A stretch of 64,000 nucleotides of DNA from Eledone cirrhosa (Eukaryota), in contig OZ024749.1 in NCBI GenBank assembly GCA_964016885.1, positions 44,454,001 to 44,518,000 of the forward strand, in the 5' to 3' direction. The translations under genes and the position numbers were made by a program. Below the pieces are notes generated by a model, which was not told the origin of the DNA, ran no database searches, and saw only the letters and a program-made list of their open reading frames with translations. Shown here one piece after another: positions 46,508-61,965 of the stretch. Positions within the stretch are counted from its first letter, which is position 1; each line of letters starts with the position of its first letter.

Positions 46508-47049
46508 CGTGCATTTCTCTGTGTGTATCTATGTTTGTGAGTACCTGCATTTTTGTGTGTATCTATATGTCTGTGTGTGTATATTGGTATGTGTTTGTGT
46601 GAGAGTGTGTGTGTGTGTGCGTTTGTATTTCTGTGTATGTATTTGTATGTCTGTGTGTATGCGTGCATTCCTGTGTCTATCTGTATAAGTATACTTTATT
46701 GTACGTATGTATACATGTGTGTATGTATGTGTGTCTTTGCGTGTATGTATGTATGTGTATCTATATAAGCACACTTGATTGTACATATGTATATATGTGT
46801 ATATACATATATATATGCATGTGAGTATGTATGTCTCTAGATATGCATCTATCTGTCCATTTTTGTACTCTTGTATGTGTGCGTTTGCGTGTATTTATGT
46901 GTGTATCTGTATAAATATACTTGATCATACGTATGTGTATATGTATATATACTTGTATGTATGCCAGTATATATACATGTATGTCGCTAAATATGCATCT
47001 ATCTGTCCATTCTTGTATGCAAGTATGTAGGTATATATATATATATATA

Positions 47050-47630
47050 TATGTATGTACCTGGGCATGTATGTTTGTATGTATCCATTTAGCTATATAT
47101 GTAAGTATGTTTGTATGTATATATGCACAGATGTATGCCTTTCTGTATATATATATATACGTTTACATGGCTGTAATTATGTTTGTATATATATATGTAT
47201 GTATCTGGGCATGTATGTTTGTATGTATCCATTTAGCTATATATGTAAGTATGTTTGTATGTATATATGCACAAATGTATGCCTTTCTGTATATATATAC
47301 GTTTACATGGGTGTAATTATGTTTGTATATATATATATATGTATGTATCTGGGCATGTATGTTTGTATGTATCCATTTAGCTATATATGTAAGTATGTTT
47401 GTATGTATATATGCACAAATGTATGCCTTTCTGTATATATATACGTTTACATGGGTGTAATTATGTTTGTATATATATATATATATGTATGTATCTGGGC
47501 ATGTATGTTTGTATGTATCCATTTAGCTATATATGTAAGTATGTTTGTATGTATATATGCACAGATGTATGCCTTTCTGTATATATATACGTTTACATGG
47601 GTGTAATTATGTTTGTATATATATATATAA
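47050..47630. repeat. ~143-147-bp minisatellite, 4 copies
   Basis: CTGGGCATGTATGTTTGTATGTATCCATTTAGC recurs at ~47061, 47205, 47349 and 47495. Confidence 0.9.
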
Positions 47631-48392
47631 ATGGATGGATAGATGGGCAGGTGTCTCAACGAGTGAATGGATTGGTGCATGCATAATTGAAAGGATACTA
47701 TCATAGATGGATGGATGGATGCATGGTGTATAACATTATGTATGTATGCATGGATAAATGTATGAGAAATTTGTGAGTACACATACACACATACACACAC
47801 ACATGGAAACACACACACACACACACATACATATATATATATATGCAAAGATACATCCACACCACACCATCACTTGCGCTCGCAGATAGAAATACACGTA
47901 AATTATTGGAAGGTATGCATGTTTCTCTTGAAAGCGATTAATCTCAGAGCGAATTAACTGCTATGTTCGTCAGCCGGACACGAGCGGTTAAACGATGCAT
48001 TTAGGAAGGAACAGGGTTAATTTTGTGCAAGGGCACAACATTCTCAATATTGCATGAAGAATTCTGGAGATATAAGCTCATATAACCCCGGGACCGCAAT
48101 TCGTCTATCACAAGCGCTTGTATACACTGCAAGAACTTTTGATATCCAACAGCAGTTAAATTGCTGTCACCATATACAAAAGAGATATTTCTATTTTTTA
48201 AATCAAACATCTATTTTTTCTCTTGATTTATTTATGAAAGCATACACATGCAGAATGTATCACGCTTTGATCATAGTTGCAGTTAGTAATTTATAACACG
48301 CAATCAGTATATTAGGTATTGGCAGTTGTTTCTGAAGCATAACTAACCTCCCTCATTTATGTATCGGTGGTAATCCCAAAACGCGCGCACGT

Positions 48393-48506
<114 letters not shown>

Positions 48507-48585
48507 ATGCATTCGCGCAGTTAAATATGCCCACATACAAAAAAAACACCATGTATACATATGCATATATACATACACACATACA

Positions 48586-48783
48586 GTGAAGGTGCGTGGC
48601 TGAGTGGTAAAAGAATTGGATTACTAATCGTGAGGTTGTGAGTTCCATTCCTGGACCGGGCGATGCATTATGTCCTTGAGCAAGGCACTTTATTTCACTA
48701 TGCTCCTTCTACCTGCAGTTGTGACCGACAGATAATATTAGCAAATCGGACCGATTTGCTAACGAAAGTCGATCGATTGTCGA
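48586..48783 (+). mobile_element. tRNA-derived SINE family 2
   Basis: TGGCTGAGTGG A box, GAGTTCCATTCC B-box variant, TGTCCTTGAGCAAGGCACTT; homologous to the 57123 copy. Confidence 0.85.
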
Positions 48784-48807
48784 TACATACATACATACAT
48801 ACATACA

Positions 48808-49078
48808 TGATGATGGCTGGCCCCTCGTTATCGAGTATGGCCATTGCACGATATACAATTATTAGTAATAGTTAATTAATTTCATCGTGCAATGTCTGTG
48901 CGGAAAGATTTTTTTAAAGTGAAGAAAGACTGTGCACTGAGTCAATCCCACTCTCTGGGTGACAGTAGCTATAACCTGAAAAGAAGAAAAGATCAACATC
49001 ATCGGAAACTACTGAGCCGCAGGTTTTATGTCGGAGTTATCCCAGTTTCCCGAGTTGCCTTCTCCTAGAAGAATGCCA
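48808..49078 (-). mobile_element. Partial diverged copy of the 39312 element
   Basis: Colinear shared motifs; same end abutting (CATA)n. Confidence 0.6.
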
Positions 49079-49498
49079 TGATATACATACATATATACGT
49101 AATAATTGTATCATTTTAATTTCATTTCATTGTTGGTATCGAAATGATCTTAAAAACTACCTTAGTAACATTTATATGTAGCCGAATGAGCTTAGGCTAA
49201 TGTGTATATGTCTATAATAAATTGTCTGTCTGCATTAAACAACTACAAGAAAATGATTCGAAAACAAACATTTGTTTTTAAACTATCGAAAATGCCATCT
49301 ATTTTTCAGAAGAACCGGAAAAATAGCTAAGCTAGCTTCTTTTATGTGATTTACCAATAGAGTAGCGGTTTGTAGACAATAAAGTATGGAATGGCTGAAT
49401 TAACGGAAATGTCTAGACTAATTTAATTCGAATATTTACGTTTTGGCATCATGCCACAACAGGAAACTGTTTATACTCTTGTGTCTCCTGCATTGTAG

Positions 49499-49566
<68 letters not shown>

Positions 49567-49667
49567 CTCTCTCTCTCCCTCTCTCTCTCTGACTGTCTCT
49601 CTGTAACCCTCTGTTGGTCTCTCTTTCTCCCCCTCTCTCTTTCTCTCTGTATATATAATATGTGTGA

Positions 49668-49727
<60 letters not shown>

Positions 49728-49777
49728 ATATGTTTATATACATATATATATGTGTGTGTTTATATATATATATATAT

Positions 49778-49858
<81 letters not shown>

Positions 49859-50574
49859 TATACATATTTGTTTTAGTTTTTTTTTTGTTTCACTGTAATT
49901 TTCTAAATGAAGTTTCGTTGGTCGAAAATTCAAAGGAGAAAATAAATAATAGAACACTGTTTTATTAAAACTCTATAACTTGGGGGTAAACCACAGCAAT
50001 AAAAATAATTTTAATGATTTTTGTCGATTGGGAAAGTAATAAATAAACTGCCGAGAAACTTATTTTTATTGTCTGACGATGAATATTGCTGTTCCAGCCA
50101 AGTTTCCACCGAATTTCGCCCTGTATGTTCAGAGATGATGCTTATAATGATGGCCGATACAAATGTTTTTAATCCTGTGAGATTGACAATTCAAAAATGA
50201 CCAATTGTAAACTTAAATTGATGAAGGAAGCTCAACGTAGTGACTTGACCTGCTAAAAGTAGCGAACAAATTTCATTTCAAGAATATAATCAATGAAGGA
50301 CTCTGTGATCGTTTGATTAGCTTCAAAATGTACTCGAATTATTGTCAACTTACACTTTGCTCTCTTCAAAATTGAATATATCAGTGGATGGTATATTAGT
50401 AGCTATACTGCAGCATGAAATCGTCAAATCTGAAACATATTTGATCGCAGGTTTGAATCGTCTCGACTGATGTTGGTTTAAAGGTTTAAACACCAACACC
50501 ACCAAAACAGAAACAATAAAAACACACATATTAGATAATATAGCACTAGTTCTAGTTTATATATATATTATATG

Positions 50575-50606
<32 letters not shown>

Positions 50607-50608
<2 letters not shown>

Positions 50609-50777
50609 CAAAGATGGTGTGGTGTGATACCAGGTGGACCATAACGCACCAGAGTACTCAATACTTCGGGTAGTAGAGTGGGTAATATGAAAAGAGTCAG
50701 GACACCGACGGCTGAGCTCCAGCCGTTTCGACAGCTAGACACGATCTAGCTGTCGAAACAGGATCCTGACAATTTTC

Positions 50778-50779
<2 letters not shown>
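50607..50779 (-). mobile_element. Hairpin family A copy 6, one arm partly deleted
   Basis: Tail CAGGTGGACCATAACGCACCAGAGTACTCAATAC plus GTTTCGACAGCTAGA/TCTAGCTGTCGAAAC. Confidence 0.85.
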
Positions 50780-50828
<49 letters not shown>

Positions 50829-50831
50829 CAT

Positions 50832-50889
<58 letters not shown>

Positions 50890-50957
50890 AAAAAGGGATG
50901 AAATCGAAAATGCAACTGAAGTCTTATTTTTTTAAAAATATATATATTTATTTGGTT

Positions 50958-50995
50958 CCTTTACCGGTTTCGCAGTTCTTCTGCTTTTCAAAAGG
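50958..50995 (-). ncRNA. Minimal hammerhead motif with U3-A8 core variant
   Basis: Minus strand: CCTT TTGAAAA GCAG-AAGAA-CTGC GAA ACCGGT A AAGG. Confidence 0.65.
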
Positions 50996-51189
50996 TGAGT
51001 TGAGATGGAGGGTCTGTGGTTTTTCTCACATCTGGTTGGTCTCTAAATGTTACTTGTTTTATATGGAAAAACTGGCTCGAAAACCAGGTTTTTCGAGAAG
51101 TAATTTGATTGTAATCAGGGCATATCAGAGTATTGACAATATCATACACCTAAACAACATATGTACTTGTCTATACCATACTAATTCAA

Positions 51190-51244
51190 ACTGCCTGAAG
51201 AGGTCACAGCCAAAGATGGCTGTCACTGAAATATATATAGCAGT
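51190..51244 (+). ncRNA. Type I hammerhead motif, identical to the 41449 motif
   Basis: ACTGC CTGAAGA GGTCACAGCCA-AAGA-TGGCTGTCACT GAA ATATATAT A GCAGT; predicted cut after A51239. Confidence 0.8.
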
Positions 51245-51288
51245 AATAAACGAAGCTAAATTTTAATCATTTGACTTTTATTTAACTT

Positions 51289-51324
<36 letters not shown>

Positions 51325-51609
51325 GTACATTCACACACATATACACACATAATCATATATATATATAAACGCACATAGGAACAGTTATGTCCATAGGTCG
51401 GTTCGATCGTAGTTTACCTGGTGCTAAACAACAAACACACCATCAAAATCAATTATGAAAAGAAAAAAATGTGCACAAATTCTGAACTCTTCAGTACAAG
51501 AGAAATTTTAAATGGAGCCAGCAATATTAATGAAACCAATTTTTCGTCCGCAATATACATTTAAAACTCCAAGAACTTTTTCTCTCTCAGCAAATTGCTA
51601 TATATATAT

Positions 51610-51694
<85 letters not shown>

Positions 51695-51752
51695 TATATA
51701 CATGACATTAATATATATATATATATATACACATATATATATACATGACATT

Positions 51753-51788
<36 letters not shown>

Positions 51789-53495
51789 CATGACATTTAT
51801 ATATATATATATATATTCATAACATTTATATATATATATATATATATACATAAAATGTATACATATACATAAAATTTATATATATATATAATATACAATT
51901 TATCTATATATGCATACAATTTATTATTGTAATCGCCGTCTTCCTCTATTAAAATTCACAAAGCAATTTTAAGCCTCCCTAAAATGTTAAGATGAATTTC
52001 ACTCGGAACTAACCGTAAACCAATACGATCTAATTTAGGAAAATAATACAGAAATACGAAGGTCTATTATCTAAATTATAGTCATTTATTTCAAATGTCT
52101 CTAGTAATTCCATTGTTATTAAAATTGTTAAAATGTTTCAAAACATTTTTTCTATAAATCACATGTTTTCCTGGTTGTGTACAATCTAGTGTACATATAC
52201 CCCCCCATATATACATATCTATGCCCGCTCCCCCCTCTCACTCTCTCTCTCTCTCTCTCTCTCTTGCTCTCGCTCTGACTGTCACACTCTTCCGCACTCA
52301 CGCTGTCATACGCTCTTTCACTCTCACTGCCACATAATCTCTCTCTCACTCTCACTGCCACATAATCTCTCTCTCACTCTCGCTGTCACACGCTCTTCCA
52401 CAAACATATTTATGGTGATTGTGTATATATGTGTAACAGAATCCTTCCATGGATCCATCCACCCATACATACATACGTACTTACATACATACATATTTAA
52501 GTACGTACATACATATATACATACATTCTTATGTACATATATATGTCAATACATGCGTACGTACGTACATGCACATTTACATTCACATACACACGTACGT
52601 ATGTACATACATATATATATATATACATATACATACATCGTTATATACATACATATGTACATACATATGTACTTACGTAGATACATATATGCATACATAT
52701 TTATATATATATCTACATACATTAATAATATATATATTCATGTATATATATGTATTATATAAGAGATATAAGAAATATATTATATTTGCATTATATAGTA
52801 TTTATTTTATAGAATATGATATTTTTTTATACATTAATCTGTTCGTAGCATAAAGAATTATCTGTTAATTCACAATTTCGTGAGTTGATGTCGTTCGACA
52901 TAAACTTTCAATTATATTTGAAATTTCAAAATGATAAAAAAAAGTGGAGTAATATTTGTTGAAAAGGGAACAAATGAAATAAAAACCAAAAATGAAAGAC
53001 TAACAATATTTGTTAAAATAGAAATAGAACTAAACCCCAAATGATCCTAATAAAATATATATTTAGAACATATATCGATGTGATTCAGCACGAAGAAGAA
53101 TTACTGTTATGTATATTGTATGAATATTTGTATGTGTCTGCTTGAGTATAATACATTCAAGCATAGCCGGATGACTAACAGATATATTCGCAAGAGTTAA
53201 TATCCTGGTTCAATTCAACCCGTTAGGACTTTTGTTCAATATATATGTTTTAATATACATAAGGTTCTAAGTAAATTTGTAAAATTGTAAGTTGAATTGG
53301 AGACAGTAATACTGTGTGCAATGTTTCAAGGCAAAATATTTTGTAGTGATTTGATACATAAGAATCGATTACCGTAAGAAATGAAAGACTTGGAGCCCTT
53401 CAATTTAGTTTATGTATATAATTATCTATATATTTATCTATCAATCTATCTATCTATCTATCTATCTATCCATCTATCTATCTATCTATCTATCC

Positions 53496-53553
<58 letters not shown>

Positions 53554-53554
<1 letters not shown>

Positions 53555-54199
53555 CCTCAAAAAAGATTTGCCCTAGATGCGTGCGTCACGAAGAAACCGT
53601 GGCGCACGCATTGGTGCAATGTCCGGGCGTGGCTGATCTGTGGGGCTACGCCGAACAACTGCTGTCGCGGGTGGCGCCGATTAAATTGACAGCCGAGTCC
53701 GTGATGACAATCAAACCGCCTCCCCTCTTCACAAAGGAAGCAAAGGCGGTTTTTCTGTGCGTAATAGCCATGTTGAAAGAGGTTGTTTGGTGGACACGAT
53801 TGAAAGGTCTGAGGTCAGGCAACTTCCTCTCTGGCCATAGTCTGGTCTACTTCTTCCGATATCACTTCGGAAGAAGGATAAGAATGGAGAGAGAGGTGCT
53901 TGGCCACAGGCAGTTTTATGAAAGGTGGGTGATAGTGGCGAGAATGGCTCGTGTAAATGGGCCTTCTCTGTATACCATCCTGTAGGTAAAGAAGTAAAGG
54001 AGAGGGGAGCACCTTCTCCATGTGCTCCCCGGGCAAAGGATTGCACACTTTTTCGGGGGTGTGTGCAACCCCCATCACGTCCCCTCCCTTTTGAGGTTAT
54101 TTTCGATTATTTTCATGTTACACCCTTTTTACTCGATTATATGTAAACTCCCCCTTTGTATTTGTCCCTTCTTTTTATGCCTTTATGGTAAATAAAGAA

Positions 54200-54200
<1 letters not shown>
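53554..54200 (+). mobile_element. 5'-truncated L1/Tx1-type LINE: ORF2 C-terminus (to 53985) plus 3' UTR, inserted in (CTAT)n
   Basis: CPRC-x-EETVAHALVQC CCHC zinc-knuckle motif, uninterrupted frame to stop 53985, AATAAA at 54191, (CTAT)n on both sides. Confidence 0.85.
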
Positions 54201-54290
<90 letters not shown>

Positions 54291-54353
54291 GAGAGAAGAA
54301 ACATTTAGATATAATTAGTAATAAAATGTATCATACCTAAACTGCTCCTAGAT

Positions 54354-54443
54354 TCCTCGACTACGTAGTTTCGTGGCATAAACAAAAACAATACATCATA
54401 AAGATATAGAGTCCCTGCGAGGTCTGCCGACTTATCAAGAGGA
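54354..54443 (-). ncRNA. Hammerhead motif with U3-A8 core and long stem II insert
   Basis: Minus strand: TCCTC TTGATAA GTCGGCA...(46 nt)...TGCCAC GAA ACTACGTAGT C GAGGA; perfect 10-nt palindromic stem III and GUC site. Confidence 0.65.
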
Positions 54444-54803
54444 TACCTCATTTTACTAGTCTCAAGAACGCGTCTTCACGACGTGAGAAAGAATCCCAAA
54501 AGGCGGTTGGGGAGATAGTCACGCGATATAACGGTCGAGAAACAGAGCTAAGCCTCTTATAACCCCGAAGAAAATACCACGGAGGCGGAGGGGGTATTCA
54601 TATCTATATATACCTATATATGTGTATGTGAGTATATATATATATATGTGTGTGTCAGTTTGTCTATCAATCTTGTACATACATCCATACCTACTTACAC
54701 ACTCCTTCCAATATATATACAGTTATACAAACATTCAATCTCAATATGAATACATATATACATGCGCACATGAACTACGGGTATGCATATAATATATATA
54801 TAT

Positions 54804-55023
54804 AACGAAGGAAATGTGGTAAGGAACCAGATGGGCCATAACGCACCAAAGTACTCAATACTTAGGGTAGTAGAGTGGGTAATAGGAATGAGTAGGACCC
54901 CGACGGCTGAGCTCAAGTCGTTTCGACGGCTAATTCTTGACCCAAATTCTGGACCAACTTCTGGTCCACAATTAGCCGTCGAAACGGCTTGAGCTCAGCC
55001 GTCGGGTTCCTACTCGTTCGTAT
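54804..55023 (-). mobile_element. Hairpin family A copy 7
   Basis: Tail plus hairpin 54882-55023; loop with short (TTCTGGACC-like) triplication. Confidence 0.9.
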
Positions 55024-55035
55024 ATATATATATAA

Positions 55036-55118
55036 CTTCGTCAGTGATTTGCCAACCATCATTGGTATATCATCAATGCGATGAAATACCAATGATGGTT
55101 GGCAAATCACTGACGAAG
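55036..55118. repeat. 33-bp perfect inverted repeat ending in CTGACGA
   Basis: CTTCGTCAGTGATTTGCCAACCATCATTGGTAT / ATACCAATGATGGTTGGCAAATCACTGACGAAG. Confidence 0.85.
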
Positions 55119-55191
55119 GACTATTTTTATCATATGTAACCCATGTGCAAACCACGCAGTATTCTTCTTTCTTCTCATGTTTTATATATAC

Positions 55192-55259
<68 letters not shown>

Positions 55260-55511
55260 TAACACACACGGACACATATATATGTAATTTATATGTATAT
55301 TATTATTATATTATATTTACGTGTGTTAAAGCCTTAGAGGATTTCAGATGTTGAAAGCTGTGTGTGCTAAGTTTGTGGTCGCCTTGTGCATTAGAATATG
55401 ACCTATAGGTTTATCTTGTAGGTATGAAAATATTTGTACGTACTAGACATAAAATTATGTACGTATGATTATATGTATGTATGTATGCATGGCATGTATA
55501 TAGTATATATA

Positions 55512-55591
<80 letters not shown>

Positions 55592-55705
55592 AATGTTTAT
55601 ATATATATATATGCATGAATGTATATACACACACACACACATATATATATATGTATATATATATATATGTATATATATATATAAATATATATCTGTGTGT
55701 ATATG

Positions 55706-55764
<59 letters not shown>

Positions 55765-56143
55765 ATAAACACGTATATATATATACATACATATATATAT
55801 ACATATATATACACACACATATATATATATATGTATATAAACACGTGTATATATAAATATATATTTGTATGAATATAAAACCATTTTATTTGCAAACCGT
55901 CATTGTTTGTTATTGTAGTTGTTGTCAATTTTATTTCTCTATGTTTATATTTTTTTTATAAAATTGATATTTACATTGTACTCATTATTGCAATTGTTGT
56001 TGATCTTGTTAGTGTTACTTTGGTTATTCCATTTGTTTTATCTCCCTCTCTATCTTTCTATCTCTCTCCCATTCCCCCTTTCTCTCTCTCTTGTTCGCAT
56101 TCTCATTTTATCTCTCCCACTTTCACCAGCTTTTTCACTCACC

Positions 56144-56227
<84 letters not shown>

Positions 56228-56739
56228 GCTCTCTCTCTCTTAATCTATCTATCAATCATTAATCGTTAAATACACCAAGTACATTTATGATATTTGTGCT
56301 TAAGCATCTCATTCCAAAGGGGAATAACTCTGTTAATTTATATTTATTATATTTTACATTCCTCGTGTTTTACAAGGTAAATGAAGGCATTGCAAATTTG
56401 TATTTACAGTTTACTATTAATTAATTTTGCTATAGTACTGTTGAGAATATAAAGAGTTGTTTGAACATGCGGGGCAACATAGTATGTACAGAGTAAAGCC
56501 GGTGCAGTAAAATAAAATAAAATACAATATGGCTGCTGCGGTGAAACATGAAATGATTTCCCCTATGCCTATTAAGGCAAGGAATATAGTCACTAGAGAA
56601 TAACACTCTCTCCCCTTCATCCCGTTTCTATCAGTCCTTTACTTTCATATATTCTCTCTTCCTTTCTCTTTCTCTCTCTTTCACTACTCTCTCTTGCCCT
56701 CCCTCCTTTTCTTCTCTCTGTATACATACATATATAAAT

Positions 56740-56863
<124 letters not shown>

Positions 56864-57032
56864 CTTTCTATTTCTATTCTACTTCTATCGCTCAACACGC
56901 ACATACACACACGCTTAGATATGATTTCTACAGGACTAGAACTGTTTCATTCGTACCCGTGTACCTTTGTCAACTGTGGTTATTCGCCAAAACAACACAG
57001 GGATCTACATATTTCATATGTATATATATATA

Positions 57033-57122
<90 letters not shown>

Positions 57123-57126
<4 letters not shown>

Positions 57127-57340
57127 CGGCGTGTGGCTGAGTGGTTAGAGAATTGGGTTCGCAATCGTAAGGTTGTGAGTTCGATTCCTGGACCAGGCGA
57201 TGCGTTATGTCCTTGAGCAAGACACTTTATTTCACGTTGCTCCTTCTACCTGGAGTTGCGACCGATAGATAGTATTAGCAATTGGAAAGACCAACGGAAA
57301 CATTGTTCCCTCGGTCCGATTGACGAAAGTCGATCGTCTA
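57123..57340 (+). mobile_element. Full-length tRNA-derived SINE family 2 (CORE-like segment)
   Basis: A box TGGCTGAGTGG, B box GTTCGATTCC, TGTCCTTGAGCAAGACACTT; three copies in the window. Confidence 0.9.
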
Positions 57341-57846
57341 AGATATATATACATATATATATATACATACATAGATAAGCTACTGATTCAATCATAGAGG
57401 AGCACTCCAGAAACACGACTTGTCATTAATCTTTTAAATCTGATGGAGCTCGTCCCTTCTGTAGGTCAGACTGCATGCAATTTCTTGCAAAGACAGAGAG
57501 ATTGAATCAGGGAATGAGAGAGGTAGATAATCGATCTCATTATTGGACTGCAACTTGACTTATCGACCTCGAAAATATGAATGGTCTCGATTGGAATTGA
57601 GTTCAGAGCGCATTAAGCCGGATCCAGTCTGCCAATTCGCCTTTTTATGTCCAGAGTAAGTTAACGATATAAAATGATGTTAGGTATGTGTTTAAAATTA
57701 TTTTTGACGTCTCATAGTAGACAGTTAATTACCTAGGACAATCCAAATCAAGACAATATAGACAAGTGTAGAAGAGACTAGTACATAAATAGCATCAAGT
57801 GAACATGTAGATTCAAATAGGCAGGCAGCAATTCTCTTTTTTCACT

Positions 57847-57888
<42 letters not shown>

Positions 57889-57901
57889 TATATTACATAC
57901 A

Positions 57902-58465
<564 letters not shown>

Positions 58466-58496
58466 ATATATATACACATATATATATATATATATA

Positions 58497-58566
<70 letters not shown>

Positions 58567-58605
58567 TATATATACATATATATATATGGACATATATATA
58601 TATAC

Positions 58606-58642
<37 letters not shown>

Positions 58643-58681
58643 TATATATACATATATATATATGGACATATATATATATAC

Positions 58682-58770
<89 letters not shown>

Positions 58771-58920
58771 ATACACATTCACAAACACACACCCTCACAC
58801 AATATATATATATACATGAACATGTCCTTGCATTACGTGGATGCGTGTATATATATATATTATATTTATAATGGAACAATTGGATTTCACGTATTCATTT
58901 AATACATGATTTTGTGTTCC

Positions 58921-58964
<44 letters not shown>

Positions 58965-59125
58965 TATATATATATACATTTCTTTAAATGTACAAAATTT
59001 AACGTATGTTCATACGCATAGTGCAACATGTACACACAAATATTGTTGCGTGACTTTCTCAATCAATAAAGCGTATACCATATATATATATATATAAATA
59101 TATATATATATAAATATGTATACAT

Positions 59126-59167
<42 letters not shown>

Positions 59168-59276
59168 CTGTATATATATATATTATATATATATATATTA
59201 GTTTGTGTGTGACAGCTTGTATATTCTTCTACGCCTGTGAAGGATGTGTGAATGTGTGTGAATGGATATATGAGGT

Positions 59277-59310
<34 letters not shown>

Positions 59311-59829
59311 AGAGAGAGAGTGTGTGTGTGTGTGTGAGGAGAGAGATGTGGAAGAGAAATATATCTTGGGAACATGCTGCAGGATCATATATATACATTC
59401 TTTTATATATGTGTAGAAAACCGATAAAAACCTTAGAAGCAAGGCAAAACAAGCGCAATCGAATAGATTTAAAATTCCAACGAAAAACCACTTGGATATT
59501 ATAAGATTTGTTTGTTTGTTTGTATCATGTATTATATATAATTATACCGATATAACATGCTTCAGTGATTCCGATAAGAAGTCATCCATGCACCGTTTTG
59601 TATATACGAACTCCCATCATGAAAATTTCAATCTCTCGTTTGAGGATGAATAAAGACGAAAAAATGCAAGACACGAAATGAAAAAAAAAAAAAGTTATAC
59701 AGGAAGTGGTAAAGAAATAATTTTAAGGATGAAGTGAAATTATCTACCTACCTACCTACATACTTATCTAGCTTTGTATCTATATATATTTCTATCTCTC
59801 TACATGTATGTATGTACTATGTATGCATC

Positions 59830-59881
<52 letters not shown>

Positions 59882-59897
59882 TATACATATCTGTATA

Positions 59898-59964
<67 letters not shown>

Positions 59965-60170
59965 TATATGTATATATATGTATGTATATGTGTGTATATA
60001 TGTTATACATTATATATACGTACGTAATATTTAATAGAAACAAGGAATAATTGGTTTTACGTTAAAGGAAATATGGAGAATTATAGCTATTAACATGAAT
60101 GGAAATAGTATAAGATATATATAGATAAATAGATATATTATATTTATATATATACATACATATATACTTA

Positions 60171-60280
<110 letters not shown>

Positions 60281-60369
60281 TATAGATATTTATCTATGTT
60301 TATATATATCTATAGATACTTATATATATATCGATAGAAACTTACACACACACACACATATATATATAC

Positions 60370-60401
<32 letters not shown>

Positions 60402-60414
60402 ATACATATGTATA

Positions 60415-60501
<87 letters not shown>

Positions 60502-60597
60502 TTATATATATATATATATATATCCATATGTATATATATATATATATATATATATCCATATGTATATATATATATATATATTTATATATATCCATAT

Positions 60598-60628
<31 letters not shown>

Positions 60629-60639
60629 GACATATATAT

Positions 60640-60695
<56 letters not shown>

Positions 60696-60721
60696 TTATG
60701 GATATATATATATTTATATAG

Positions 60722-60840
<119 letters not shown>

Positions 60841-61444
60841 TAGATAGATAAAGATAGATTGTTTGAAACCGAGAGAGACAGAAGAGTATTGAGAAGTAGA
60901 TAACTGCTATAAACCAGAAATATAAACAACGAAATAAATACATAAGTAGATATATGAAAAGAAAAACAGGGTAGAAAGGTATAAAAGAGGGCGAGGAGAG
61001 AATGGTGGCTGGGTGGGATAGAGAAAGAAAGAGAGAGAAAAAAGGGATGGAATCTAAGATTGATAGAAAAATAAAATGAAGAAATTATAACGGAAAATAG
61101 ATTTAAAATTGCGCATTCATGTAATGTGCCTCAAATGATCATTTATAGAGGCATTTTCTGCTGTGTTTCCTCTAAACATGGCCACTTCTCAGCGATGTTC
61201 AAAGATTTTCATGAAATCTATTTAGTTTTGATTTCTTTAAATATTCTTCATTGCATCATATATTCTATACTGCGAGAGTTTGAAATATTTTTTATTTGTT
61301 TTAGTGTATATTTCAATTTTTCTATTCTTTTTCATTTTCCGCTTTTTACTTAAAACCATTTGCTTCGCTTGAACTAAACTACATTTAAACTTAATTTTCA
61401 AATTTAGCCTATATGAGTGAGCTTTGTATGCCCGTGTGTATATG

Positions 61445-61554
<110 letters not shown>

Positions 61555-61725
61555 AAAATAAATAGCTTTCAACTTCCTGTATACATACATTTATAAATAT
61601 ATAGATATATACAAATATATATACATGTACACATACACACCCACCTACATATATAAATACATACACACTTACGTGGTATATATATATATATTTATATTTA
61701 TAGTAAACATTATAAAATAATTGTA

Positions 61726-61758
<33 letters not shown>

Positions 61759-61878
61759 TATAGTATACATTTTATATAATTATAATATATATGCAGGTAT
61801 ATGCAGACACACACAATCAGACATATATATATATAAATCTCTCTCTCTCACTCTCTCCCCTCTCTCTCTCTCTCTCTC

Positions 61879-61965
<87 letters not shown>

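Noticed and set aside
57128-57200. tRNA gene
   Set aside because: A and B boxes are present but the acceptor stem does not pair, and the sequence continues into a multi-copy SINE body
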